IMG/VR virus record: IMGVR_UViG_3300005326_000040 | Location: 128,001-192,000 of that record | Direction: 5' to 3' (one strand) | DNA: 64,000 bases | Source: a virus | Lineage: Duplodnaviria > Caudoviricetes | The notes under the pieces: generated by a model | The model's input: the letters and a program-made list of their open reading frames with translations, nothing else | What the model was told of the DNA's origin: nothing | Databases searched by the model: none | Program-made: the position numbers and the translations under genes | Part shown: positions 8,291-17,127 of the stretch, piece after piece | Layout of the letters: each line of letters opens with the position of its first letter | Position numbering within the stretch: position 1 is the stretch's first letter

Positions 8291-9835
8291 ATGGTGTATT
8301 GGACAAATGCGGCTGGGTATACCTATCGATTAAATACAATTAAGTTTCCTGCGTCCAGTACTTATTGGCTGCTTGATAATTGTTTGACTTGGTTGAGTTC
8401 GTCTCCTTCTCTTAAGAACTTTCATATTTATTTAGATGTATTCATCAAGAATCTTAATGACATTGTAAATGCTAGGAGTTCAGAGCAGGAACGTGCTTTG
8501 CCTGATTTTGTCGGTTACTATATAAATGCAATTGATAAAATATGTCATCAACCCCAACTTCATTTTACGGCGGTTGACATCAAAGAAATTGATGATAAGC
8601 TCGAATCATTCTTGCGGCCATTTAGTTCTACAGTTAATGTTCTCGAAGAAAAAGTAGAAACCGTTGAACTACAAAAAAAAGGGGCAACGGTTGCAACAGA
8701 TTATAATAAGGCTGGAGTAAAAAAGGAAAAGAAAATGCCAGACGCTTCAACGAGGCTCTTCAAGCTAGAAAGAGACTCATATACTAGTAAGTATGTTTAT
8801 ACGAATCCTGCCACGAGGGAAAAGGCAGCGACAAGAGGTTTTGTCAAAACTGTTCCTGATACGGAAAAAACGACAAAGATGGCGGATCGTTTTTTCGAAC
8901 ACATTGCTAACAATAAACCGACTCAGTGGAATCCTGTCATCAATGAATTGATGGGATACTTGGCAAGATTTGAACGTCCGTTGACGCCTGCTCTGATGGA
9001 TGTTATCCATGAGATTGCAGTCAAGAGACCTGACGGGAAGTATGATGAGGCGTTGCTCAATGCTGTCAGATTGAGTGAAAATTACTATGCGCCTTATATT
9101 AGTAAGCCGCCTTCGGATGAAACAGAAGACGGACCTAAGCCTATTTCTGTTCCATCGTTTGTTAGTGCTGCTGCGCCTGTTGCTGTTGCTGCCGCCGCTG
9201 CTGCTCCTATTGCTGCTAAGGTTGCCCCTATGCCTGCGAAGAAGGAAGAAAATACCATGCCTAATAATACTACTGCTACCGGCTCCTCCACTCTCATGAA
9301 TCGCGTTTGGGAAGAAGCCAAGAAGAATGCTGCGGACGGTGCTTGGCAGACGGCTGCTCACCAGACGGTGCTGACTCTTCGTGAGCCGACGATCGCTGCT
9401 CTCGAAGCTAAGTTCGGTTCGTCCATCGTTGCTGGAATCTTGGGCGAAGCGTTGAAGACGGAGATTGGCGAAGCTGGTTTCGCCCTTCTTCTGGGAACTG
9501 CGATCAGTGGTCTTTCGACGCAGCTTCCGCCGTCGGTCGGTAAGAACCCGAAGGTGATCAGGCTTGCCGCAGAACTGCGCAAGTTTGGTTTCTACAAGGG
9601 CAGCTTGTTCATGACTGAACTGCTTATGCTGCCGCTTCGCAGCAAGATCCTTGAACTGCTGAAGGATCTTCCCGAAGTGGAAGAGCAGACCGAAGAGCAG
9701 GAGCATCAGTTGAACATGGGCTCGGTGAGGGTCGGCGCGAGCAGTGGGGAATACGAAGCCATGCGTTCCGCTCAGGCTGAACGAGAAGCAGAAATGGAGA
9801 GGATGGCGGCGCCGAAGAAGACTGCCACCATGTAA
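8291..9835 (+). CDS. Large hypothetical protein with probable internal starts
   Basis: Long ORF; Ala/Pro linker; SD-like purine runs before internal ATGs near 8735 and at 9257. Confidence 0.7.
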   Translation: MVYWTNAAGYTYRLNTIKFPASSTYWLLDNCLTWLSSSPSLKNFHIYLDVFIKNLNDIVNARSSEQERALPDFVGYYINAIDKICHQPQLHFTAVDIKEIDDKLESFLRPFSSTVNVLEEKVETVELQKKGATVATDYNKAGVKKEKKMPDASTRLFKLERDSYTSKYVYTNPATREKAATRGFVKTVPDTEKTTKMADRFFEHIANNKPTQWNPVINELMGYLARFERPLTPALMDVIHEIAVKRPDGKYDEALLNAVRLSENYYAPYISKPPSDETEDGPKPISVPSFVSAAAPVAVAAAAAAPIAAKVAPMPAKKEENTMPNNTTATGSSTLMNRVWEEAKKNAADGAWQTAAHQTVLTLREPTIAALEAKFGSSIVAGILGEALKTEIGEAGFALLLGTAISGLSTQLPPSVGKNPKVIRLAAELRKFGFYKGSLFMTELLMLPLRSKILELLKDLPEVEEQTEEQEHQLNMGSVRVGASSGEYEAMRSAQAEREAEMERMAAPKKTATM

Positions 9836-9838
9836 CAA

Positions 9839-10198
9839 ATGCCGCTTCCAACGCTTGACGAATTTATCACGAAATTGTTAGCGGTAGGGAAGTGGACTTC
9901 GCCTAACAATTCGTGGGTTAGGGCCTCTGGGTTCACGGGCTTCTATGCCCGTGTTACCCAGAGGGTTATTGAAAACAAAATGTGTTGGCCTGTCCTAGAT
10001 ATTGCCAACATCGAGGTTGCGCGTAAAGGAAAGGGAACTTTTACCAACCTCATCCTGCGGCTTCGTAAGGACTACCCGGCACTTACTATCTACGTTGAAT
10101 GTGTAATGACGGAGAAATTCTGTCAGCATTTGCGGAAGATGGGGTTCAAGGAAGTGCCGGGTACTCCGAACAGTTTCTATATGCTTCCAGATAAATAA
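9839..10198 (+). CDS. GNAT-fold protein
   Basis: LDIANIEVARKGKGTF...YVECV...LRKMGF resembles GNAT motifs A and B. Confidence 0.55.
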   Translation: MPLPTLDEFITKLLAVGKWTSPNNSWVRASGFTGFYARVTQRVIENKMCWPVLDIANIEVARKGKGTFTNLILRLRKDYPALTIYVECVMTEKFCQHLRKMGFKEVPGTPNSFYMLPDK

Positions 10199-10251
10199 GA
10201 GGTCACGTATTAGATAATGTTTGACTTTGAGCATTTTAGATAGGAACTGTC

Positions 10252-11391
10252 ATGGCTGAAGACAAAAAGCAAAAAGGTAATTCACCGTCTACTCTTGCAA
10301 CCGGTGTATTTTTCACCGAATTTGTAAGAGAACTTTGGGCGGAAAATCATATGCCTGCTAAGGCGCTTGCCTTGCTGACTGAAGATCTTAATATTGATGA
10401 GCTTGATGCTATTGAAATTCTTACTGGCACGCTGAAAATTGCGGGAGATAATGGTCAGTATAGTTTGGTGGATGACAACTCAACAAAGAGTCCGAATGGA
10501 ATTGACCTTCCTTCCGTTCTTGAAATGTTTCAGTATGTAGAAAGCGAAAAGAAAAACAAGAAAGAGAAGGAAAAGGAAAAGGAAAAGGAAAAGGAGAGCA
10601 AGCCAGACTTGTTCACCTGTGAGGATTGCGGACATGACATTATGCAGCACGGTGGCTCCTGGGGCTCTATGTGCTTCATCAGGCATTGTTCCTGTGACGG
10701 ATTCAGGGCGGAACTTAATAGAAAAGAAAAGAAAGGAGCTAGTTCGAGCAGCACTGCTAGTAGCACAACAACCAGTCAACAGTCATCGGTGGTGCAAACT
10801 GTGACTCATACAACCAAGCCTGCTTCGCAGCCTTCTACGGCTGTTTCGACAACCGCTGCAAAGACTCCACCAAAGCCTAGGGGGCTCAGGTTGGTAGAGA
10901 CTTTTGATGACCATGGAAATCCTGCGCCCAATCGTGTTGGGAATGTCGCGGCAACAAGCTGCTGGGTTGAGACTAGTGGCGGATATGTCCTGAGGTTCAA
11001 AGGAGATATTCCGAGCAACTATAATTATTCCAGCGGCGCTGGGGCTTCTCAGTACTATGGCAGCTATAGCGGATATACTGAACCGAAACCGGACCCGAAA
11101 CATCCACCAGAAGCAATATGTAAGTGTGGACACAGCTACGAACGACACTCGCCGTACACCAACGCTTGGTGTCGAGAAGTAAAGTGTCCTTGCAATCGTT
11201 TCGACTTGAAGCCGCAGGAGCCTACAACAGCGACTGCTCCCGCTACTGCTACAACGCCGCTGTTGCCAGCAACCACTTCATCTCAAGAAGAAGTGACACA
11301 GGAAATCACAATTCCTACGACTATTCCTGCTCCTCCTCCAGTCGAGGACAAGGAACCTTCTGTTGTTGATGCGACAGCAGCATTGAAGTAA
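10252..11391 (+). CDS. Multidomain protein with two CxCGH-H-C-CxC zinc motifs
   Basis: CEDCGH..QH...C..RHCSCDGF and CKCGH..RH...C..VKCPCNRF; KE repeat; Ser/Thr linkers. Confidence 0.7.
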   Translation: MAEDKKQKGNSPSTLATGVFFTEFVRELWAENHMPAKALALLTEDLNIDELDAIEILTGTLKIAGDNGQYSLVDDNSTKSPNGIDLPSVLEMFQYVESEKKNKKEKEKEKEKEKESKPDLFTCEDCGHDIMQHGGSWGSMCFIRHCSCDGFRAELNRKEKKGASSSSTASSTTTSQQSSVVQTVTHTTKPASQPSTAVSTTAAKTPPKPRGLRLVETFDDHGNPAPNRVGNVAATSCWVETSGGYVLRFKGDIPSNYNYSSGAGASQYYGSYSGYTEPKPDPKHPPEAICKCGHSYERHSPYTNAWCREVKCPCNRFDLKPQEPTTATAPATATTPLLPATTSSQEEVTQEITIPTTIPAPPPVEDKEPSVVDATAALK

Positions 11392-11400
11392 TCTGGCTGG

Positions 11401-11461
11401 TGCAATTATGCAGGTGGTGAGTCTTGGTTTCACACGAGGCTCATCATCTGCATAATCTGCA
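11401..11461 (+). other. 22-bp intergenic RNA hairpin
   Basis: 11405-11426 pairs fully with 11435-11456, using four G-U pairs on the + strand. Confidence 0.65.
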
Positions 11462-11514
11462 TTTGCTCATTCAATCTTTTTGCCCATATAAATTCAAGAT
11501 GATAGCGTTCAGTC

Positions 11515-11961
11515 ATGAGCGCGATAACTATTTCAAAAAAGAAGATCGCCGATATTCTTGAAGATAAAGAGTTGCTTTCAGAAATTTACAAATTGACTCT
11601 TCAACCTTCTGATGGTGGTCATGGTTCAATGATGCGAAAGCATCTCTATAGGTGGAAAGACCAGAAGAATCCACCTAAGAAAACCGTGGCATTTCTTATC
11701 AGCGATGATGATAGGTTGATTGGCTGGAGTTTGTTGACGGGTTATGGTTGGTTCCAAGTATACGTTGAACAAACTTATAGGCAGCAAGGAGTTGGTACAT
11801 CGCTGGTAAAGTTTGCGAAGGACTATTGTAAACAACACAATCGTAATTTCTACGTTACGCCATGGGATGAGCGGTCAAGAATGTTTTTTGAAAACCTTGG
11901 CTTTGAACTGGCGGGCAAAAATTGTAGAGATTTACTTAAGTATAAGGAGAAACAATTATGA
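11515..11961 (+). CDS. GNAT family N-acetyltransferase
   Basis: VYVEQTYRQQGVGTSLV acetyl-CoA motif; FFENLGF. Confidence 0.85.
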   Translation: MSAITISKKKIADILEDKELLSEIYKLTLQPSDGGHGSMMRKHLYRWKDQKNPPKKTVAFLISDDDRLIGWSLLTGYGWFQVYVEQTYRQQGVGTSLVKFAKDYCKQHNRNFYVTPWDERSRMFFENLGFELAGKNCRDLLKYKEKQL

Positions 11962-12066
11962 GTCTAGCTAAGCTAGAGTCAATTGGGATATCGGTTTTGA
12001 TTCTGTCAATTACTTTGCTTCTCATCCTGCTGGGTGCATCTTTTATTATGGCAGTATAAGGTTCAA

Positions 12067-12564
12067 ATGGAAATTCAAAATATTAAGCTGTGCGATAGAC
12101 AAGTATTTATTATGAGGGGATTGAGTGGGTCAGGTAAATCCACTTTCATATCAGCGCTCAAGAAAGATTATCCTGACAAAACAATTACAATTGCAAGCGC
12201 CGATCATTTCTTTATGAAGGATGGCGTCTATAGTTTTGATGCTTCAAAGCTAGGGCAGGCTCACAAACAATCTCTAGAAGTTTTTGAAAGGGCTTTGGAG
12301 AAGAAGGTTGATATCATCTTTGTGGACAACACAAATATCAACTGGCGCGAGATGAAGCCGTACATTGAGAAGGCTAAAGCGGCTGAATATAACTGGAATA
12401 TCATTCAGGTAGAAACTCCTTTGGATGTCATCTTGGAAAGACAGAAGACAAACAAGAATGTGCCTGAGGAGAAGATAAGAGAAAAATCAATACAGATGAA
12501 GACGGCAACGTTTTCCGCTGATATTAAAAACAAAATGATTTTCATCAACGGAAACAAGACTTAG
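12067..12564 (+). CDS. P-loop kinase, AAA_33/N4BP2 polynucleotide-kinase-like
   Basis: MRGLSGSGKST, SADHFF, VDNTN, NVP motifs. Confidence 0.85.
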   Translation: MEIQNIKLCDRQVFIMRGLSGSGKSTFISALKKDYPDKTITIASADHFFMKDGVYSFDASKLGQAHKQSLEVFERALEKKVDIIFVDNTNINWREMKPYIEKAKAAEYNWNIIQVETPLDVILERQKTNKNVPEEKIREKSIQMKTATFSADIKNKMIFINGNKT

Positions 12565-12621
12565 AAAACAACATTGAAGAGTCGATAACGCTCTTGTTCT
12601 AACAAAGAGGCAGACATTGTT

Positions 12622-12984
12622 ATGCCATCGACTTCGCGCCTCAATAAACTTCTCAAAGTAATAACAAAAGCTAGCAAGAAACGCTATCAAGCTATTGGTG
12701 AAATCTGGAATTACAAATACCAAGCAGCGTGCGGAAGCAAAGATGTAGCCCAATCGCCTAGTGTTTTGGCAAAAATTAAAGAAGCAGAAAATAGAATAGC
12801 TTTTCGTACCAAGCAGTTCAATGAGGCTTACGAAAAACTAATAAGCGCTGGTATCCCAATAGACTATATTGAGGAAAGGCTTTTCTATAACGTTTCTGAA
12901 TTTGGCGGCGGCAGACCAATTCCTAAAGATTTCTATTCTAAAGAACAAGAAGACGAGAATCAACATGACGACCAAGATGTATAA
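12622..12984 (+). CDS. Hypothetical protein
   Basis: ORF in co-oriented string. Confidence 0.55.
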   Translation: MPSTSRLNKLLKVITKASKKRYQAIGEIWNYKYQAACGSKDVAQSPSVLAKIKEAENRIAFRTKQFNEAYEKLISAGIPIDYIEERLFYNVSEFGGGRPIPKDFYSKEQEDENQHDDQDV

Positions 12985-13834
12985 CGCGCTTCGAGTTATT
13001 AAGAATTACCTTGTGGCTCACAATGCTACCGCAGCTTTCAAGCCGAAGTATACGAGCTTCCGAATGGGCTCGACGTTTGATGATAAGATTTTGCCCGAAG
13101 ACGGCGGCGAACCGTATGAGCAATTCTTTCACTATGAGCTTGAACGCGGAGAAAAGATTGAATGGGTAAAGGTTGAAACGTATGACCGTTTCCTTTTTGA
13201 TGAGCATGCTCAAGCTATCGTAAGTCTTTTGAATGCAAATGGATTCAATGCTTACTACCAGCCCGCTTGGTACTGGCAGGAAGGAAAGCAGAAGTCTGGA
13301 TGGGAACTGTATATTACGGCCATCGTTCCAAGCAAGCCGAAGCATGACGCCAGTATTTCCAGTGCTTGTGTTTTTCGGGCGCCTTGGTGCCATTCTGGTG
13401 AAAGCACTGTGGAGTGTGAGCCTGCGCGATTGATTCCTGAACTGTTCAAGATGCCGGTTGTTTGTCTTAGCTCCGACCCGCGAGCAGACTTAAATCTTTT
13501 TGACATTATGAAAGCCGGAGGAGTAAAGGGAGCGGCAGTTCAATACGAGTGGACGAGGGATGGTTTCAATGCTTACGTAAATAACAGAACCGACGCCTTT
13601 GATATCAGGAAGGCTTTTCCTGATTGCGAAGCTAAGGTAATCAAGGAAGACAACAATTACACCAGAAGAATTGAAGTGAAATTTCCTGACCCTAACAATC
13701 CTACTCCTGTTGTGTGTTCTGATGAAGAAATCGTTGCGGCAGACTTGAAGAAGGCAACGACTGAAAGCAGCACTACCACACCCAAAGCTGATGAAGGCAA
13801 TGGTGTTCCATTGACCCACAAGCTTTATGAATAA
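12965..13834 (+). CDS. Hypothetical protein
   Basis: Long ORF; ATG 12965 preferred over track start. Confidence 0.7.
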   Translation: MTTKMYNALRVIKNYLVAHNATAAFKPKYTSFRMGSTFDDKILPEDGGEPYEQFFHYELERGEKIEWVKVETYDRFLFDEHAQAIVSLLNANGFNAYYQPAWYWQEGKQKSGWELYITAIVPSKPKHDASISSACVFRAPWCHSGESTVECEPARLIPELFKMPVVCLSSDPRADLNLFDIMKAGGVKGAAVQYEWTRDGFNAYVNNRTDAFDIRKAFPDCEAKVIKEDNNYTRRIEVKFPDPNNPTPVVCSDEEIVAADLKKATTESSTTTPKADEGNGVPLTHKLYE

Positions 13835-13836
13835 AC

Positions 13837-14670
13837 ATGTTCAATCCAGCAAAAGATGTAAAAATTTACCCTGATGGGATTCTTATTAATGCTGGGTTTC
13901 CTGACTTGGAAGTGATGGATTTTCTTAAAAAGATTTTGGGTAACAATAGGTTCCCGCTGACAATTGCTGATGGACCGTATGGAAACATTGTAGAAGACAA
14001 TTACGATCGGTATCAATCGGTCGATGTTTTAGTAGCAGAAATGGTGAGAGATGTAATTGCCATTGCGGAATTCACCCATCCTGGCGGAGCGCTGTACTTC
14101 TGGGGCGGAGCAGGAAAACCTAATTTCCGTCCATTCTTTCGGTTTCAAAGCGTTGTAGAAAACGCTACGCCTTGGATAATTGCTATGCCTATTGTCTGGG
14201 CCAAGAAACGAGCTTACGGTACACAAACTAACTATCTGTATACCAGAGAGGAGCTTGCTTACTTGTGTTTGGGCGACCCAAAGAAACCCAGGCTCTTCAA
14301 TGTTCCTTACTTGGAAGAGAAGAGAGGGTATGCCGGATACAATCAACAGTACCCGGCCAAGTCAGAGTTCTTGCGGCGCACAAATGTTTGGACGGACATT
14401 ACAGAAATCTTCCGTGGCAAGCTGGTGACAGCCCAAAAGCCAGAGAAGCTATATAGAATTCCTATTGAAACTCATACGGTTCCTGGTGAGATTGTATTTG
14501 ATCCATACTGTGGCTCCGCAACGACAGGGGTTGTTTGTCGAGATACGGGTAGAAAGTTTATTCTAATTGAAAAAGACCAAGAAACTTTTGAGCTTGCTGA
14601 CAAAGTATTGCGACATCATAAGGCTGGAATGACTAGATTGAGACTTGAACATTTTAGACTAATGACGTAA
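13837..14670 (+). CDS. DNA methyltransferase, N4-C/N6-A beta class
   Basis: Motif IV variant IADGPY at N-terminus; QKPEKL; motif I VFDPYCGSATTG; LIEKD. Confidence 0.88.
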   Translation: MFNPAKDVKIYPDGILINAGFPDLEVMDFLKKILGNNRFPLTIADGPYGNIVEDNYDRYQSVDVLVAEMVRDVIAIAEFTHPGGALYFWGGAGKPNFRPFFRFQSVVENATPWIIAMPIVWAKKRAYGTQTNYLYTREELAYLCLGDPKKPRLFNVPYLEEKRGYAGYNQQYPAKSEFLRRTNVWTDITEIFRGKLVTAQKPEKLYRIPIETHTVPGEIVFDPYCGSATTGVVCRDTGRKFILIEKDQETFELADKVLRHHKAGMTRLRLEHFRLMT

Positions 14671-14680
14671 TGGAGCCTGT

Positions 14681-15226
14681 ATGCTCGCAGATAACGCTGA
14701 ACTCATAGTTAGTACTCTTTTTGAGGTTTGGCCTTCGATGTATGTTTATGAACATGATGTATTTCAAAAGATTTTCTTTAAAGAATACACAAATTTCTCT
14801 TGGGTAGTGGAGGCTGATTCACATACATTGGTATTATTTGATGATCATATTTCGATTAAAGAAAGAAAAGATCAGGCAAAGTATTATTATGGTGTTTCAA
14901 AGAAGAAGATAACATTATGTGACCGTCGTCGCACTCGTCTTGAAGACATGAAATTCAGGGCGGAAAGATATCCAAAAGAAGAGTTTTTTCTTACGGAAGA
15001 CAATGAAGTTGGTATATATATTGACCCTGGTCCCGGCTCTAATATCTCAAAGGTTCCGCTTAATGTAAGGGCCGATTGGTTAATCGTAGCTAAAAGAGCA
15101 CTAGACTTTACTAGCTCAAAGCAATGCAGAGTTAAAACTGGTCGTGGAACAACCTGGTTATTGCGCGCTAAAGAGAAAATCCTAGCCGCAGCACAAAAAA
15201 AAGGTCTTGCGTGGGAAAATACATAG
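14681..15226 (+). CDS. Hypothetical protein
   Basis: GGAG SD; ORF in string. Confidence 0.65.
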   Translation: MLADNAELIVSTLFEVWPSMYVYEHDVFQKIFFKEYTNFSWVVEADSHTLVLFDDHISIKERKDQAKYYYGVSKKKITLCDRRRTRLEDMKFRAERYPKEEFFLTEDNEVGIYIDPGPGSNISKVPLNVRADWLIVAKRALDFTSSKQCRVKTGRGTTWLLRAKEKILAAAQKKGLAWENT

Positions 15227-15522
15227 TTTTGAGTATTGCTTTCCTCTTAGCTGTAGTCTTGTGGATTAGTGCTGTCTTAGTTTATGCTAAACAGGACCAA
15301 CGAGAAGCCACCATTCGAGAAGATGAAATGACTGTTCAGCTTCGTGAGCTTGGGTTCAATCTCACGGCGCCACCAATTGAAACAAATGACAAATGGTACG
15401 GCGTTTATTACGTGCAAGATAAATACAAGAATTGTTTTGTGGTTCTATCTAGCTGGGCGGGCGCAAGAAAGAGAGTCGTATCTTTAACCCGCGTTGCTTG
15501 TGAAGAAAAGAAGAACGAATGA
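15211..15522 (+). CDS. Membrane-anchored protein, tandem paralog A
   Basis: N-terminal TM helix; LRELG..APP..W..YYVQD..NCFVVL. Confidence 0.6.
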   Translation: MGKYIVLSIAFLLAVVLWISAVLVYAKQDQREATIREDEMTVQLRELGFNLTAPPIETNDKWYGVYYVQDKYKNCFVVLSSWAGARKRVVSLTRVACEEKKNE

Positions 15523-15800
15523 ACACCGCCGATATGATTGTTATAGCAGCAATTACTGTGGTCGCTTTGTTAGTAAGCGTCGGTTTTATTATCTGGATGG
15601 TGGTTGCGGGTAAGAAAGAAAACCATTACGATTGGACAGACAAACTTGAAGAGCTTGGGTTGAGACGAATTGCTCCGCCCAAGAAAGACAAAAACAACTG
15701 GATGGTAATCCATTACGTTGAGGATGACCATAACAATCGTTTCATGGTGTTGTGTAATCCATATAGGATTATTTCAATCGCTCGCGTCGAGGAAACATAG
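15519..15800 (+). CDS. Membrane-anchored protein, tandem paralog B
   Basis: N-terminal TM helix; LEELG..APP..W..HYVED..NRFMVL. Confidence 0.6.
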   Translation: MNTADMIVIAAITVVALLVSVGFIIWMVVAGKKENHYDWTDKLEELGLRRIAPPKKDKNNWMVIHYVEDDHNNRFMVLCNPYRIISIARVEET

Positions 15801-15831
15801 AGCATTTTAATTAGCAAAGGAAATTATTACA

Positions 15832-16578
15832 ATGAATTGTCGTACTATTTGTATTGGGGATGTTCATGCTTGTCGAGATGAACTGGCAGACCTCCTAGAT
15901 AAGCTTCAGATTACCAGCAGTGATAGTATTTATTTCGTAGGTGACCTTAGCGATAAAGGGCCGAATCTAAAGGGCTGTTTGGATATTGTCCTTTCTTTGC
16001 CTAATGCTTGCTCTTGCAGAGGGAACCACGATGATAAGTTTAGAAGGTTCCAGTATCATGAGACTAGGAGAAAGCAAAAAGGCATTGCTAATCCAATGAC
16101 ATCTGTCTGTCCGGAAGATGTTGAACAGTACAACCAATTGGATGAGGTTCAATCTGCTTGGCTTGCTAATCTTCCGGTTAGTATAGATATTCCTAAACAT
16201 AACGCCATTGTTGTTCACGGGGGTTTGCTTCCGGGGAAATCAATCAAGACTCAAATTAACAAACATGCTGGAGAAGTTATGCGGCTTCGGTATGTTAATG
16301 AGGATGGCGACTTCGTTGGCTTAATGAACGGCCCTGATCAACCCGCTAACACTTTGCTATGGAGCGAAGTTTATGATGGGCCATGCAATGTAATCTATGG
16401 TCATATCTCTCACAGCTTAGAACAGCCTCGTATCGATAAGAGAGCGGACGGTATTGAATGTATTGGTTTGGATACAGGTTGTGTGACTGGTGGCCGTCTT
16501 ACAGCTTACATTCTAGAAACCAAAGAGATTGTCCAAGTTCAAGCAAGAAAGAAGTATGCGGAACCATGGAAGCTCTAA
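15832..16578 (+). CDS. Metallophosphoesterase, PrpE/ApaH/Pnkp-phosphatase-like
   Basis: GDVHAC, GDLSDKG, GNHD, HGG, YGH, LDTGCVTGGRLTAY. Confidence 0.9.
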   Translation: MNCRTICIGDVHACRDELADLLDKLQITSSDSIYFVGDLSDKGPNLKGCLDIVLSLPNACSCRGNHDDKFRRFQYHETRRKQKGIANPMTSVCPEDVEQYNQLDEVQSAWLANLPVSIDIPKHNAIVVHGGLLPGKSIKTQINKHAGEVMRLRYVNEDGDFVGLMNGPDQPANTLLWSEVYDGPCNVIYGHISHSLEQPRIDKRADGIECIGLDTGCVTGGRLTAYILETKEIVQVQARKKYAEPWKL

Positions 16579-16590
16579 TGAGGAGAAATC

Positions 16591-16878
16591 ATGATTCTTA
16601 ATGTAATTCAGTTTGCAGCAATTTCTGTTTTCTTATTTGTGATTGTAACGGGCGCGATTTTGTCGTATCATTATCGTCAACATCGTCGCCGTATTTTGCA
16701 AGAGGAAGCTGAAATTGAAAAGCAGCATCAAGAGAAGCTGGCTGAGATCGAACGGATACGCCAAGAAGGGATAACGCTTGAGCAGGACTTTGCACAAAAC
16801 GTTATCAATGAAGATGAGTACGTAGGGCGCATGAATAAGCTCTTTAATCGTGCGCTCGATAGTAGCGCGCGGAATTAA
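16591..16878 (+). CDS. Membrane-anchored coiled-coil protein
   Basis: AGGAG SD; TM helix then charged helix. Confidence 0.6.
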   Translation: MILNVIQFAAISVFLFVIVTGAILSYHYRQHRRRILQEEAEIEKQHQEKLAEIERIRQEGITLEQDFAQNVINEDEYVGRMNKLFNRALDSSARN

Positions 16879-17050
16879 TTCCATCGGTGGTTAGAAGGCG
16901 CAAGCCTTCAACTTACTTCCTCACACATTGTAGCTTCTGTAAAGAGCGGACCTTTCGCTCACCCATTAAATTTCGCTTTCTTGTCTTTTGAAAAAGACAC
17001 GCGATTTCGTTCAGTTACACTAAATCGTCAGGTACCCAATAGATTTTCAT

Positions 17051-17079
17051 TTGACAGCTGTGGTTATTCGTTTTAGATC
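17051..17079 (+). promoter_or_regulatory. Sigma70-like promoter
   Basis: TTGACA-17-TAGATC (weak -10). Confidence 0.45.
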
Positions 17080-17127
17080 ATTATTCACCGCAGTGAACAA
17101 CACGTTAGACCTCGGAGAACACACATC

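Noticed and set aside
8777-9838. Long minus-strand ORFs (also 17047-17982, 29949-30710, 21114-21791)
   Set aside because: They mirror strongly codon-biased + strand genes, lack SDs and motifs, and give low-quality translations; these are antisense shadows.
10567-10596. (AAGGAA)n repeat as a phase-variation switch
   Set aside because: The hexamer unit keeps the frame and just encodes a KE linker; noted only as low-complexity sequence.
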